Positions 41,910 through 55,373 are shown, counted from the stretch's first letter. The stretch: DNA of 64,000 nt from the human T2T-CHM13v2.0 reference genome, Homo sapiens (GCF_009914755.1 NC_060927.1); one strand, 5' to 3'. Program-made: numbers and translations. The notes: generated by a model from the letters alone, not told the origin.

Positions 41910-44900
41910 CGCCACTGGGGCCTAGGGTCGCAATACTGGAGCCGCTCAGATTCTCAGCAGTCTTTCAGCTAGAATCTGCTTAAGCCTGCCGAGTTCCCAG
42001 GGGGACAGACGACAAGCACCACAGCTGTGACTGCCTGCTGTCTAAGCTGTTTGAGCTCCTTGTGGGAGGAGCAGCCAGCCAGCACTAGGACTGATAGCTA
42101 CCTAATATGCTAAGCTCCCTGGGTGCGGGGGAGGGCGGCAGCAATCTCTATAGCTCCAGGCCACGCTTTTTCCCTGCTGGAGCCAGGGAGGCTGGACGAC
42201 TTGATTCCAACAGGTGTCCCCCATATCCCAACACAGGGGCTGTGGCAGACTGCAGCCAGAGTGCCTCTTCAGGCCAGACCCTGACCCATCCCTCCTCACT
42301 GGGCGGGGCCTCCCTGCAGGAACTCCAACAACTCCAGCAACTCTAAGAACTCTAACCAGTGGCCCAGGGACAGAACTCTGATCTCCCTGGGCCTGAGCCC
42401 CTAGAGGGAGGGGTAGCCGCAGTCTCTGAGGACCAGCAGACTTAGCCTTTCCCCCTGCTAGCTGAGGAATCCGGCAGCCCAGACAAGTGGGATTCCCCAC
42501 AATGAAGTACACCCCCTCCACCAGAGAGAGTTAAAGTGCTTCATTAAACAGGTCCTATTCCCTGTGCCACCCAACTGGATGAGACCCTCCAACAGGGGTT
42601 GTCAGACACCCTATACAGGACCGATCCTGCTGGCATCAGGCTGGTGCCCATTGAGGTCAGAGATAGCCAGAGGAAGAGCAGCTACCCATCTTTGCTGTTC
42701 TCCAGCTTCCTTGAGTGACATCTCCTGGCCCAGCCACTAACCAAATGAATAGGGCCTGAAGTGAACCCCCAGCAAACCGCGGTAACCCTACAGAAGAGGA
42801 ACCTGACCACTGAAGAAAAACAAACAGAAAGCAACAACAACAGCATCATCAACAACAAAAAGTCCCCACAAAAACCCCATCCAAGAGTCAGCAGCCTCAA
42901 AGATCAAACCTAGACAAACTCATGAAGATGAAAAAGAATCATTGAAAAAAAGCTGAAAACCCAAAAGGCCAGAGTGCCTCTTCTCCTCCAAATGATCACA
43001 ACGCCTCTCCAGCAAGGGCAAACAACTGGACACAGAATGAGATGGGTGAATTGACAGAAGTAGGCTTCAAAAGATGGGTAATTACAAACTGCTGAGCTAA
43101 AGGAGCATATTCTAACCCAATGCAAAGAAGCTAAGAACCTTTAAAGAAGCTTAGAGGAGCTGCTAACTAGAATAACCAGTTTAGAGAGGAACATAAATGA
43201 TCTGATGGAGCTGAAAAACACAGCACAAGAACATTGTGAAGCATACACATGTATCAATAGCCGAACTGACCAAGTGGAAGAAAGGTTATCAGAGTTTGAA
43301 GACTACCTTGCTTAAATAAGGCATGCAGACATGATTAGAGAAAACAGAATGAAAAGGAGCAACAAACAAAGCCTCTGAGAAATATGGGACATGTAAAAAG
43401 ACTGAACCTATGATTGATTGGAGTACCTGAAGGAGACAGGGAGAATGGAACCAAGCTGGAAAACACACTTCAGGATATTATCCACGAGAACTTCCCCAAC
43501 CTAGCAAGACAGGTCAACATTAAAATTCAGGAAATCCAGAGAACACCACTAAGAGACTCCAGGAGAAGACCAAACCCAAGACACATAATCTTCAGATTCA
43601 CCAAGGTCAAGAGGATGGAAAAAAATGTTAAGGGTAGCCAGAGAGAAAGGCCAGGTCACCTACAAAGGGAAGCCCATCAGACTAACGGCAGATCTCTCAG
43701 CAGAAACCCTACAAGCCAGAAGAGAGTGGGGACCAGTATTAAACATTCTTAAAAGAATTTTCAACCCAGAATTTCACATCCAGCCAAACTAAGCTGCATA
43801 AGCGAAGGAAAAATAAAATTCTTTCCAGACAAGCAACTGTTGAACAATTTCATTACCACCAGACATGCCTTGCAAGAACTCCTGAAGGAAGCACTAAATA
43901 TGGAAACAAAAAACTCGTACCAGCCACTGCAAAAACACACCAATATATAAAGACCAATGACACTATGAAGAAACTGCATCAACTGGTGTGCAAAATAACC
44001 AGATAGCATCATGATGGCAGGGTCAAATTCACACATAAAAATACTAACCTTAACTCAAGATAGAATATAGACTTAAATGTAAAACCCAAAACCATAAAAG
44101 ACCTATAAGAAAACCTAGGCAATAACATTTCAGGACATAAGCATAAGCAAAGACTTCATGATGAAAACACCAAAAGCAATTGCAACAAAAGCCAAAATTG
44201 ACAAATGGAATCTAATTAAACTAAAGAGCTTCTGCACAGCAAAAGAAACTGTCATCAGAGTGAACAGGCAACCTACAGAATGGGAGATGGGAGAAAATTT
44301 TTGCAATCTACCCATCTGACAAAGGTCTAATATCCAGAAGCTACAAGGAACTTCAACAAATTTACAAAAAAAAAACCCACTCCATCAAAAACTGGGCAAA
44401 GGATATGAACAGACACTTCTCAAAACAAGACATTTATGCAGCTAACAAACACATAAAAAAAAGCTAAACATCACTGATCATTAGAGAAATGCAAATCAAA
44501 ACTGCAATGAGATACAATCTCATGCCAGTCAAAAATGGTGATTATTAAAAAGTCAAGAAACAATAGATGCTGGTGAGGCTATGGAGAAATAGGAATGCTT
44601 TTACACTGCTGGTGCAAATATAAATTAGTTCAACCATTGTGGAAGACAGTGTGGCGATTCCTCAAGTATCCAGAACCAGAAATACCATTTGACCCAGCAA
44701 TTCCGTTGCTGGATATATACCCAAAGAAATATAAATCATTCTCCTATAAAGACACATGCACACGTATGTTTATTGCAGCACTATTTACAATAGCAAAGAC
44801 ATGGAGCTAACCCAAATGCCCATCAATGATAGGCTGGATAGAGAAAATGTGGTACATATACACCATGGAATACTATGCAGCTGTAAAAAAGAATGAGATC

Positions 44901-45200
44901 ATGTCCTTTGCAGGGACATGGATGAAGCTGGAAGCCATCATCTCAGCAAACTAACACAGGAACAGAAAACCAAACACCACATGTTCTCACTTATAAGTGG
45001 GAGTTGAACGATGAGAACACATGGACACAGGGAGGGAAAAAACACATGTTGGGGCCTGTTGGGAGGTGGCAGATGAGGGGAGGAAACCTGGATGACAGGT
45101 TAATATGTGCAGCAAACCACCATGGCACATGTGTACTTATGCAACAAACCTGAATGTTCTGCACATGTATCCCGGAACTTAAAGTAAAAAGAAAAAATAA
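41910..45200 (+). mobile_element. L1PA8A-like LINE-1: partial 5' UTR, disrupted ORF1, ORF2 with a large internal deletion, 3' UTR
   Basis: ORF1p peptide GVPEGDRENGTKLENTLQDIIHENFPNLARQ; ORF2 start at ~44011 joins directly to the C-terminal region at 44054; short 3' UTR ggaggaaacctggatgacaggttaata typical of L1PA8A. Confidence 0.9.
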
Positions 45201-45229
45201 GTCTCAAAATAAAAAAATACATTTTTTTT

Positions 45230-46340
45230 TCTTAAAAAAGGGCAAAACATCTTTTAGCTGGCACAGGGAAAGGACGATAGTGTTCCAATCTGAATGGGTT
45301 CCGTGTAGACAAAAACAAAATGTCCTTAGAGTCTTAAATGTCACAGTCACCTTTCCTGAGTTTGAGATTCCAATGTAAACAAACTGTGTGGTCTGGAAAC
45401 TCTTAGCAAAGAAACTAACATAAAAATGGCCATACGCCTGGGCACTTGCTGGAGGCAAGCATACATCCTTTTGGAAAGGTAACTCCTTAGCCTAGGATCT
45501 ACAAGATCCTCATAGATAAATCCCTTCCAAACATGGGTCAAGATCCAAATCACAATAAGAAGATAAATGAATAAAAGTATATATATATATATATTTATTT
45601 ATAAAATATAACAATGTTATTGTTATTCAGGTGATTTTGATTATTAACCAATCTGTTAAAATAGGATAAAAAGGTTAAAGCTAAAAATATTAAGAAATGA
45701 ATCAAACACTATGAGAAAATATCAACGAGAGGAGAAAAAAACAAAATTCTATAATTAAATACATATGTATATAGACATATGTAGGCAAACATACATTTAA
45801 ACATTTACATATAAAATATGTAAAGTCATCGATGATGTAAAAGATATATTTAAGGCAATTATTTAGAGATATGAATTTTTAAATATTAAATACATGAGAA
45901 AATTTGAGAGAAGTGGAGAGGAGGACGTAGTAATAAAACTTAACTGTGTCTAATGAGTGTTGCATGACAAGAGAATGCAGTTAATGGAAGCAAAACAGTA
46001 TTCAAATATTTATAGAAAAAGGCATACACTATTCTAGAATTGAATAAAAAGCATAAATTCTTAGATTTACAAAGCATAATGAATCTCGAGCATAGTAAAT
46101 AAAAATGAATTTACTCCTAAGGAAAAGTGTAGAATACTAAAATAAATAAATAAATAATAAATATTTAAAGGGAGGAAGTAAACTAGATTACAGAAATGAT
46201 ACAGAAGATATCTCCAAAGCAAAAAAAAAAAAGAGTCAAAAAGTTTCTCTAAAATTATGAGGAAAAAAATCATCTGGAATTTTATGTCCAACATTATTAA
46301 AGAATAAATACCAAATGAAGATATTTTCAAATAAATCAAA
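45230..46340 (+). mobile_element. Ancient L1ME/HAL1 ORF1 remnant
   Basis: A-rich decayed ORF1-like sequence (ctagaattgaataaaaagcataaattcttagatt; aaaattatgaggaaaaaa...ggaattttatgtccaac). Confidence 0.45.
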
Positions 46341-46699
46341 AGTGACAGTGCATCTGTGTTCTCCTTTTTCTTGTGTCATTCTCTGGCTTTTCTCATTCAA
46401 ATAAAATCAACTTAGCTACATAACTATAAAATTATTAAACACTATATTAAAAATCAAGGCTACCATTGTACCAAAAACATTTATTCTTCTAAATTTAAAG
46501 TTACATGACCAAGTTTGGCTTCTCCCAGAAATACAAGAATACAACACACTCAAATTTGTGTTGAATAACGTAAATCCCCCTCTTTTGAGTTATATACTTT
46601 TGCTCATTTTTCAGATTAAATATTGTAGTAATTAAACAACCTATTATGATGTCTGACATATTTTATACTTAAAATATATATTTATATAAATATATTGAA

Positions 46700-47242
46700 T
46701 GTTTTCTTGTATATTGCTGTATAATAGTGACTGAAAAAAAAGAAAAAAACACATGTATTGTCTCACTATTTGGGTGGATGTTGGAAAAGCTCAGCTGGAA
46801 TCTCTGCTTCAGGATCTCACAAGGCTGCAGTTGAAGTACTGGCAGGACCTGCAGCCTCATCTGAAGCTCAGTTGAGGAAATATTCGCTTTCAAGGTCATG
46901 TGGTTGTTGATGGCCATTAGTCCCTTATGGGCTACTGGACTGGGGACCTCTATATCTTGCTGGCTGTCAACTGGAAGCCTTCATCAGTTTCTTGTCATGA
47001 GGGCCTTCCTAGAAAGATAACAACTTGCTTCCTCAAAGACTGCCAGAGAGAGTGTCCCCTAGCAATATGGGTTTTGGTTTTATGAAACATTCACATGACA
47101 GTGACATCCATTATTTTTGCCATGCTCTATTGATCAGAAGCAAGTCACAGGTTCCATCTACATTAAAAAGGCAGAAAATTTATAGGGCATAAATCCCAGG
47201 AGCTAGAGATCTTGGGTACCACCTTAGAGTATGTCTACCACA
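46700..47242 (-). mobile_element. MLT1F-like MaLR solo LTR
   Basis: tctcacaaggctgcag...tcatctgaagctc; ctattgatcagaagcaagtcac ... accttagagtatgtctaccaca. Confidence 0.8.
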
Positions 47243-48689
47243 AATATATGTATATATTTAATATATTTTATAGTTAGAGCAAGGTGACAATAAAATTAAT
47301 TTTTCTTCTTTTTCTTCCTTTTCTTTGCTTTTTCTCTTCTTTTCTCTCTTAACTTGCATTTGTCCTGCTATAGCGCTTTTGCTATGAATTTCTTCCGTTG
47401 GGGTAGCTGGTATCCAAGATGAGTGCTGATCATAGCCAACTGTCCACATCATGACATCTATTATGACTTGTGTGTTATTATTTTAACTAAGTAATGCCAC
47501 TAGAATCCTTGGAGTGAATGGTGTTTTCTAATATTAAATAATTTAAAGAAACAATGATATGCTTATAGAAAAAAACAGCCAACTGAATTGAAAAGCTGAG
47601 GCTCTGAAGATATGTCCAAATATTTTGGAGCTTTAACTAATAAAATACAGTATTGAAATAATGAATTTATACATCCCGTTGAATACAACTAACTTAAGTT
47701 GGGGCCTACTAGACTGGCAATAAAATTCTTTACTTGGGCCTTAGTCTGAGATTTCATTATTATGTATCTGCAGAATGAATTTTTCAGGGAGAATGATCAT
47801 TTATTTTTATTCCATTGTGCCTTGGACAAGCCTAATTTCTTCAAACAACCAGGGCTCATTAATTTAGACTACTTCTTGAAAGTTCAGCCAAAATATTCAG
47901 AAATAACTGCATTCATTCAAAAAGATCACATAGGTTCTTACTCTATAAAACCCACTACAATTTAGATTATGGAGCATATGATGTTACAATTAATGAAGTT
48001 TCTATATTAAATAAGAGTGCCATCACTATGCATAATTATATATGGTAAATCAAGCTATGCTAACAAAGCATTGTTTAGTTTTGGAATCAACAATACCTAC
48101 TTTCACAATGTATACTTTCCATATTAACTTAGTTTCTTTCTCCACTATTAATTGTGTTGGGCTTATTGGTACTAAATGAAGAATTGCTTTACCATTTTGC
48201 TAATGTTAAATTAAATAAGGGATTTTTATTATTTCACTCCAAACCATGTTATTCTCTGAAAAATTAGCTTATAGGCTTCAAATTATCTTAGGTTCATCTC
48301 ATAATAATTAGGATGTCTTCAGTCAAAAGTTGGGGGAAGTCTGGGTGACCTACTTAAGAATCAGGAACCTGGAAATTTAGGCAATGTTTCTACTCCCTAA
48401 TAACTTATGTTAAGCAATTATACAGCTCTTGAATCTGCTCTCTATTAAACAGAAGCACCCTGTGATAGTCTCAAAGCGTTTTGTCTTAGAACACTTACCA
48501 ACTTATTCCAAAGTGATATGAGGGATTGCTATCTCAACCTGGAGAACGGACTGAAGCACTAATGCATTAGGAAAGCCTGGACAAATCAAGATAGACAGGT
48601 GGATGCTGAAGAAAATAAGATGCCACATCTGGAAAAAAAAAATAGATGGAGTTTAGCAGGGTGATGAGTAGTTTACTACAGAATATAAC

Positions 48690-49335
48690 GTATCCTTCAT
48701 TCTTCCAATCCTTTATTCACCCAGCAGCTTAATTGTATTTTCAAAAATCTTTCTCCTTTCAATTTCTTTCTTATTATTTTCCATCACTTTAGGATAAAGT
48801 ACAAACTTTGTAAAATGTTCTATAGAATCTTGAACAATTCTGCTTACACCTGCTTCTGCCTTTAATTTATATCATGTCCACCACCCACACCTGAGGTCTT
48901 TTATTTTAGCTGGTCTGGCATTTTTCACAGTTCCTCAATGCAACATGCTCTTTTCCACCACAATGCCTATGCACATATTCTTCCATTTACCTAAAATACT
49001 AAAAACACTCTCCCCTAACACACAAACTCACTTTCTTTCCTAGGTTAACTCTATTTCATTAGCCCTTAGCTCAATTTTTACTTGTTCAAAATAGCCTTCC
49101 TTGATTTTCCAGATAAGATCTAATCCCAACATTAAAGCATTTCAAAGCAACGTGTCCCTCTTTTTTGCTAACAATTAACATGATTGGAATTTTCTGTTCT
49201 TTGTCTTAATATATGGTTAACGCCAGTCTATTTCACTAGATGTAAACTGCATCAGGGCTATGTCTATTTTGTTCATCATTTCCTAAGTCATATCCCATAG
49301 TAAGGATTCAATAAATGTTTCTTACCGAACTAATT
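48690..49335 (+). mobile_element. L2a 3' region
   Basis: ttaggataaagtacaaact...cagttcctcaatgcaacatgctc...cactagatgtaaactgcatcagggc...tcaataaatgttt. Confidence 0.8.
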
Positions 49336-50149
49336 TATAATGTCTTTACCATAATGTTCTCTCCAACTGTCACCATTTCATGTGGATAGTTACTCTGTTA
49401 TAACAGGGGAGAACAATAATTTGACAAGATGGCGCTTAGTATCTGTACTGTGACAAAGGGTTTCTTGGGATATACAGGAATCATTTAAATGGGCTCAAGG
49501 ACCATCAAGGACCATGATGAAAATTATAGCTTTCCTGATTAGTCTTTCTTATTGCTTAATGACCAAGAACAAGATAACAAAAAAGGGATAATTCAATGTG
49601 GAAGAAAATAATGGCATAAAAGCAGGTTTACACTAGGTATTTCGAAACCTAATACAACATACCAAATATGAATTTAAAATGTACCAACAGTGTAAGACCT
49701 CACATAATACAATTTTGCTATCTGAATCCTTAAGGAAAAAATAAAGCAGAAAGAAATTATGTAAATGGAGGAAATTGAAATTATGGCTCAGATGTAAAAA
49801 AACTGAAAGATTCTTTAGAAAAAATAAAAAAAGTACCTGCCACTATGGATAATTAATGACTCAAAGGAGAAGAAAAATTTTTTTTTTTTTTTTTTTTTTT
49901 TGCCCTGGCTGGGAGAAATGCTCACTAGCACAGAGAAAGTTCCCCCTAAACTAATCATTAATAAAAACACATGGAAAATGATTTTTGACAGCTTCTTTTC
50001 CAATGATGATTAAGCGTTCTATAATCAAAACCCTAAAACGTTGGCTACCTTCTCTTTTACCACTGCTATGCCGTTCTTAGCAAGAGACACACACAGCATA
50101 GAGAGGTTATAAAATTAGTCAAGGATAAGCTACCCAAAATATATTTGAA

Positions 50150-53020
50150 CATACAGATAATGTAGTTAGAGAATTACACATTTTTTTGTTCTAAATAGAA
50201 ATGCTATAGACTGCAATATAATAAAACAATAAATCATAACACAGAAAGTTTTAGATGCTTATTCAGAAATATTTTAAAATTATCTCTTAAACAATTTTTA
50301 CATCAAAGAAAAAATCAAAATCTCAACCTTACACCAACAAATAGCAACATTAGTTTCTGAATATAAAACCAAGTATTTAAGACTCTGCATGAAATAACAT
50401 TGTAGAGTTTTAAAAACTTGCATTATTAAACAAGAAAGAGGAAAATAAACAATTTTATTTCAAAATTATAATGAAAAAGAACACAATAAGGAAAACAGAA
50501 GGAAACCAGGAATAAAAAACCATGAACATTAATGAATTAAAATATAGTAAAGTAATGACAAATAGACTTTTTTACATTTTTAAATTGACACATAATAATT
50601 GTACATAATTATGGACTACAATGTGATATTTCAATATATATATTTGTTATGTAGTAATCAAATCAAGGTTGTTAACATACCCACCATTTTAAACATTTAT
50701 TATTTCCTTGAGGTGGGACATTCAAAATCCTTCCTTCTAGTAATTTTTCTATGTATAATACTTTATTGTTGTCTATAGTCACCCTAATGTGTGATAGAAC
50801 ACAAAAATTTATTTTTTCTTTCTAATTGTATATTTGTATTCATTGCTCAACATTTTCCCATCCACTCTATCCTCCTACCCTCCCCAGTCTCTGGTAACCA
50901 CTATTCTATTCTCTACTTCTTTGAGATCAATTGAAAAGTAACCTTGATATATAAATTCAGGCACTGATGATTTTTAAATCTAATGACATCTGGCTTTCTG
51001 AAGCAGATTTAAAAAGAAAAAAACAGTGAAAGTCAGTGAAAAAGAAAAGGTAAATAATCCCATCTACAGAAATAAAAATATATAGTGTAAATCATATACA
51101 AAGTTGTAAAGTCTTGGTGTATTTTTTAGGAAAATAAAAATCAATTTAACTCTAAAGGTTACTAAAATGATTTTTTAAATATTCAACAGTAATAAAATAT
51201 AAATAAATGGACAATCTTGATATGATCTCTCTTATTCTTCCTCTCTTTCACACATATATACATAATTCTGGGAAACATTAAAAAATTCCTACACTATAAC
51301 TTAGCAACTACTGTATTAGGAATATACTAGTTGAGATGTTAGTTAAGAGTATAAAATAAGATATATAAATATTGGGTTGAAAGAGAAAAATTATTTGAAG
51401 ATATTATGAATAGATGCCTAGAAAACACTAGGAAAAATAAGAAAAAATAGAAAACCAAGAGATTATCTGGTTCATAAAATTGATATAGAAAATCAAAATA
51501 TTTTATTTCTGCAAACAATTAAAATGATAAAACATAATGAGAGAAGATATTTCTTTAATGTTGGCAACACAAAAGGTAATATGCCTAAGAATGAAGTTAG
51601 TAACATATAAAGAAGTATTTTTAAAACATTACTTAAGAATATCAAAGAAAGTTTGAATAAAAAAATCACTTAAGTGGTCTTGGATAAGAGGACAACATTA
51701 CCAAGACATCAGTACTTCCTGCCATAATTCTTACCTTTTCACTTCAAGTACATTTATAAGAAGCATATTCATTTATTATTGTATACATGAGTTTGAAGGT
51801 GACAGCATGCATGTGTGGGTGTGTGTGCATGTGTGTTTGTGTGTGAGAAAATGGCAGAGAGAAGAGAGACATGAAAACAGAGAAAGTAAAATATAGGGGT
51901 GAAGAATGAGGAGAGAAATAGACTAGAAAATAATATAGTAAAACTGATAGGAAAATATGAGAATAGCAGGTAAAAAAAATAAAAATAAATGTGACAAAGA
52001 GGGAAGATATCAACCAGATATAGAACATTTAAAGCTTAATTATTTGATTCTAGTACTGGAAGAAACATAAACACTAATGAAATAACTAAGATTTCAAATA
52101 TAATCTCAAATAAATATTGGAATAAGTACTGATAAAGGTGTTATTTTAAACAAGTGATGTAAGTGTCTATGTTTGGAGAAGAAGAAAAAACCATGAAACC
52201 TTCTCACTCTTTCAACTAAAATAGTTGCTATGTTAAAGTGTGCGATATAATAAAATGTTTCAAAGAATTCAAAGAAAGCATGTGTGACGTGTTTGTGTTT
52301 TCTTTGAGACAGGAAGACATTTCTAACATCAATTCTAGAAAAAACTTTGATGTAAAATCAAATATGTTTATACTAAAAACAGATTTAGTAAAAAGACAGG
52401 TGAGAAACTAAAGTTATAATATAAATATAAAATATATATTTTGTATTTATATTTTTATAATTAATTTATAATTAAAGATAAAAATATATTCAGACAGAGA
52501 GCTTTTACAGGTAGCAAGAAACAGGTACCCTGTAAAGAAAATATAGACAACATGAGAAGTCAGTACACTGAAAAAGGAAGCACAAATAACAAATGAAGAT
52601 AAAAAAATACATTTTATAAATAACTAAATGCAAATAAACTAATTAAATACACCTTTCATAGTTAGATATATCTATGATTATTAAAATTTATTAAAATTTA
52701 AATAGGCCAATTGAAAAACAATATTTTTGAGACAACAGAAAAAAATATAGACGATATAAGATTGTAATAATGTATTATTAATTTGGCTGGGGTTGACAAT
52801 GACACTGTGGTTGTATAAAGAAGTATCCTTATATGATGTAAACACAAACTGAAATATTGAGGGATGACATGGCATGATATCAGAATTTTTAATAAATATT
52901 TCAGAAAAAATGGCAAAATGTTTGTGTTATGTCTGGTGATGTATATATGGAGATTCATTATGCCATTCTCTCCACTTATGTGCCTTTGAAAATTTTCATT
53001 ATAGACAGTTAAATACGATA
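50150..53020 (+). mobile_element. Ancient L1ME ORF2/3' UTR remnants
   Basis: Decayed A-rich ORF2 motifs (aaattatttgaagatattatg..ctagaaaac; ggagattcattatgccattctctccactt). Confidence 0.55.
50570..50932 (-). mobile_element. L1MA 3' end inserted in the older L1
   Basis: aattgacacataataattgtacata...ccccagtctctggtaaccactattctattctctacttctttgagatcaa. Confidence 0.85.
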
Positions 53021-53110
53021 AATTGCTAATATAAAATGGGAGTCAATATGTGAAGATGCCAGCAGTCTTTTATACATATTAGCCAAGCTAAAATTCGGTT
53101 TCCCTTTCTT

Positions 53111-54161
53111 TTTTTTTTTTTTTACTATACTTTAAGATTTAGGGTACATGTGCACATCGTGCAGGTTTGTTACATGTGTATACATGTGCCATGTTGGTGT
53201 GCTGCACCCATTAACTCGTCATTTACATTAGGTATATCTCCTAATGCTATCCCTCCCCCCTCTCCCCACCCCACAACAGGCCCTAGTGTGTGATGTTCCC
53301 CGTCCTGTGTCCATGTGTTCTCATTGTTCAATTCCCACCTATGAGTGAGAACATGCGGTGTTTGGCTTTTTTGTCCTTGTGATAGTTTGCTGAGAATGAT
53401 GGTTTCCAGCTTCGTCCATGTCCCTACAAAGGACATGAACTCATCCTTTTTTATGGCTGCATAGTATTCCATGGTGTATGTGTGCCACATTTTCTTAATC
53501 CAGTCTATCATTGTTGGACATTTGAGTTGGTTTCCAGTCTTTGCTATTGTGAATAGTGCTGCAATAAACATACGTGTGCATGTGTCTTTATAGCAGCATG
53601 ATTTATAATCCTTTGGGTATATACCCAGTAATGGGATGGCTGGGTCAAATGGTATTTCTAGTTCTAGATCCCTGAGGAATTGCCACACCGACTTCCACAA
53701 TGGTTGAACTAGTTTACAGACCCACCAACAGTGTAAAAGTGTTCCTATTTCTCCACATCCTCTCCAGCACCTGTTGTTTCCTGATTTTTTAATGATTGCC
53801 ATTCTAACTGGTATGAGATGGTATCTCATTGTGGTTTTGATTTGCATTTCTCTGATGGCCAGTGATGATGAGCATTTTTTCATGTGTCTTTTGGCTGCAT
53901 GAATGTCTTCTTTTGAGAAGTGTCTGTTCATATCCTTTGCCCACTTTTTGATGGGGTTGTTTGTTTTTTTCTTGTAAATTTGTTTGAGTTCTCTGTATAT
54001 TCTGGATATTAGCCCTTTGTCAGATGAGTAGATTGTAAAAATTTTCTCCCATTCTGTAGGTTGCCTGTTCACTCTGCTGGTAGTTTCTTTTGCTGTGCAG
54101 AAGCTCTTTAGTTTAATTAGATTCCATTTGTCAATTTTGGCTTTTGTTGCCATAACTTTTG
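53111..54161 (-). mobile_element. 5'-truncated L1PA4/5-like LINE
   Basis: Poly-T tail, 3' UTR and ORF2 C-terminus; perfect 14-bp TSD ggtttccctttctt at 53097-53110 and 54162-54175; TCTT/AA endonuclease site. Confidence 0.95.
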
Positions 54162-54175
54162 GGTTTCCCTTTCTT

Positions 54176-54890
54176 AATCCTCCTCCTGGTTGACATCTTA
54201 GCAGTCTTTAATACTGCTGGCTGCTCGTTTCTTCATAAATCTCTGCTTTCCTCAGGTCCTGGGATAGCACTCTGTTCTGGAGTTCCTCCTTACCTCTTTA
54301 AATATTCCTTCTGGGTCTCCTCCCCTCTCTAGAGGGGTCATTCTTTCTTATTGGTCATTAACTGCAGTAGTTTCTCAAGGCTCAGTTCTGAACTTTCCTT
54401 CTCTCTCCCTCTAAAATCTCTAGAGAAGCTCAGTTTCCTTCTTTCCCACACTTCAGTTACATCTATACACAGAAAGTCTCAACTTATCTAGTGGTTACAA
54501 GCATTGGCGTAGACTATCTTGTGTAAAGGTGAAGGGTCATCAGTGTACACATTCCACCAGCTATAGGATTGTAAGCCCCTATAGGCCTTCTATTTTCTCA
54601 TTTGTTAACAGGTCAACATTAAAATGTTGTTAAGATTTTGCATGTACTGAGGGAGAGAGAGAGAGCTTATGAAAGTGTCTGGGGTGTCCAATCAGTAAAA
54701 GCTAATATTATTCCCAAACATATACCTCTATACCTTATTTTCATGTAGTTATATGCCTACTTGAGATCTCTAAACACATCTTTGGGGATATTCAAATTTA
54801 ATTTTTCTTCTTACCCTCAAACCTCTTTCTCTTTCGATGCCCCTTATGCCAATAAATACTACTCTCCAGGTGGTGCACAAGCGAGAAACC
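54176..54890 (+). mobile_element. L2 fragment with embedded MIR-like piece
   Basis: ttctcaaggctcagttctgaac...; tgcctacttgagatctct; continues at ~56150-56440. Confidence 0.6.
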
Positions 54891-54893
54891 TAG

Positions 54894-55373
54894 TGCATTA
54901 GTTTCCTATTGCTGCTGTAACAAATTCCCACAAATTTGGTGGCTTAGAAAAACACAAATTTATTATGTTACAGTTCTGGCAGTCAGAAATCTGAAATAAG
55001 TTTCACTGAGCTAATGTCAAAGTATTGACAGGGCTGCATTCCTTCTGGGGGCTGTGAAGGAGAATTCATTTCCTTTTTCAGCTTCTAGAGGCTGCTTAGG
55101 TTCCTTGGCTCATAGCCCTTCCATCTTCAAAACCAGCTGTGCAGTACCCTCAAATCGCTCTCTTACACTGATTCTTCTGCCTTCCTTCTCTACATTTAAA
55201 CCCTTGTGATTACATTAAACTCACACTGATAACCTAGGACAATTTCATTTTAAGGGCAGCTGATTAGAAACCTTAATTCTATCTACAACCTTAACTCCCT
55301 CTTGTCATGTGGTCACAGAGTCTGGAGATTGGGGCATAAGAACCCTTAGGGGGCCAATACACTATCAAGAATG
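54894..55373 (-). mobile_element. MLT1D-like MaLR solo LTR
   Basis: tgcattagtttcctattgctgctgtaacaaatt...gcagctgattagaaaccttaattc; 5-bp TSD cctag at 54889-54893 and 55374-55378. Confidence 0.85.

Noticed and set aside
42102-42521. 139-aa GC-rich ORF
   Set aside because: Antisense frame of the L1PA8A 5' UTR; no evidence of a host gene
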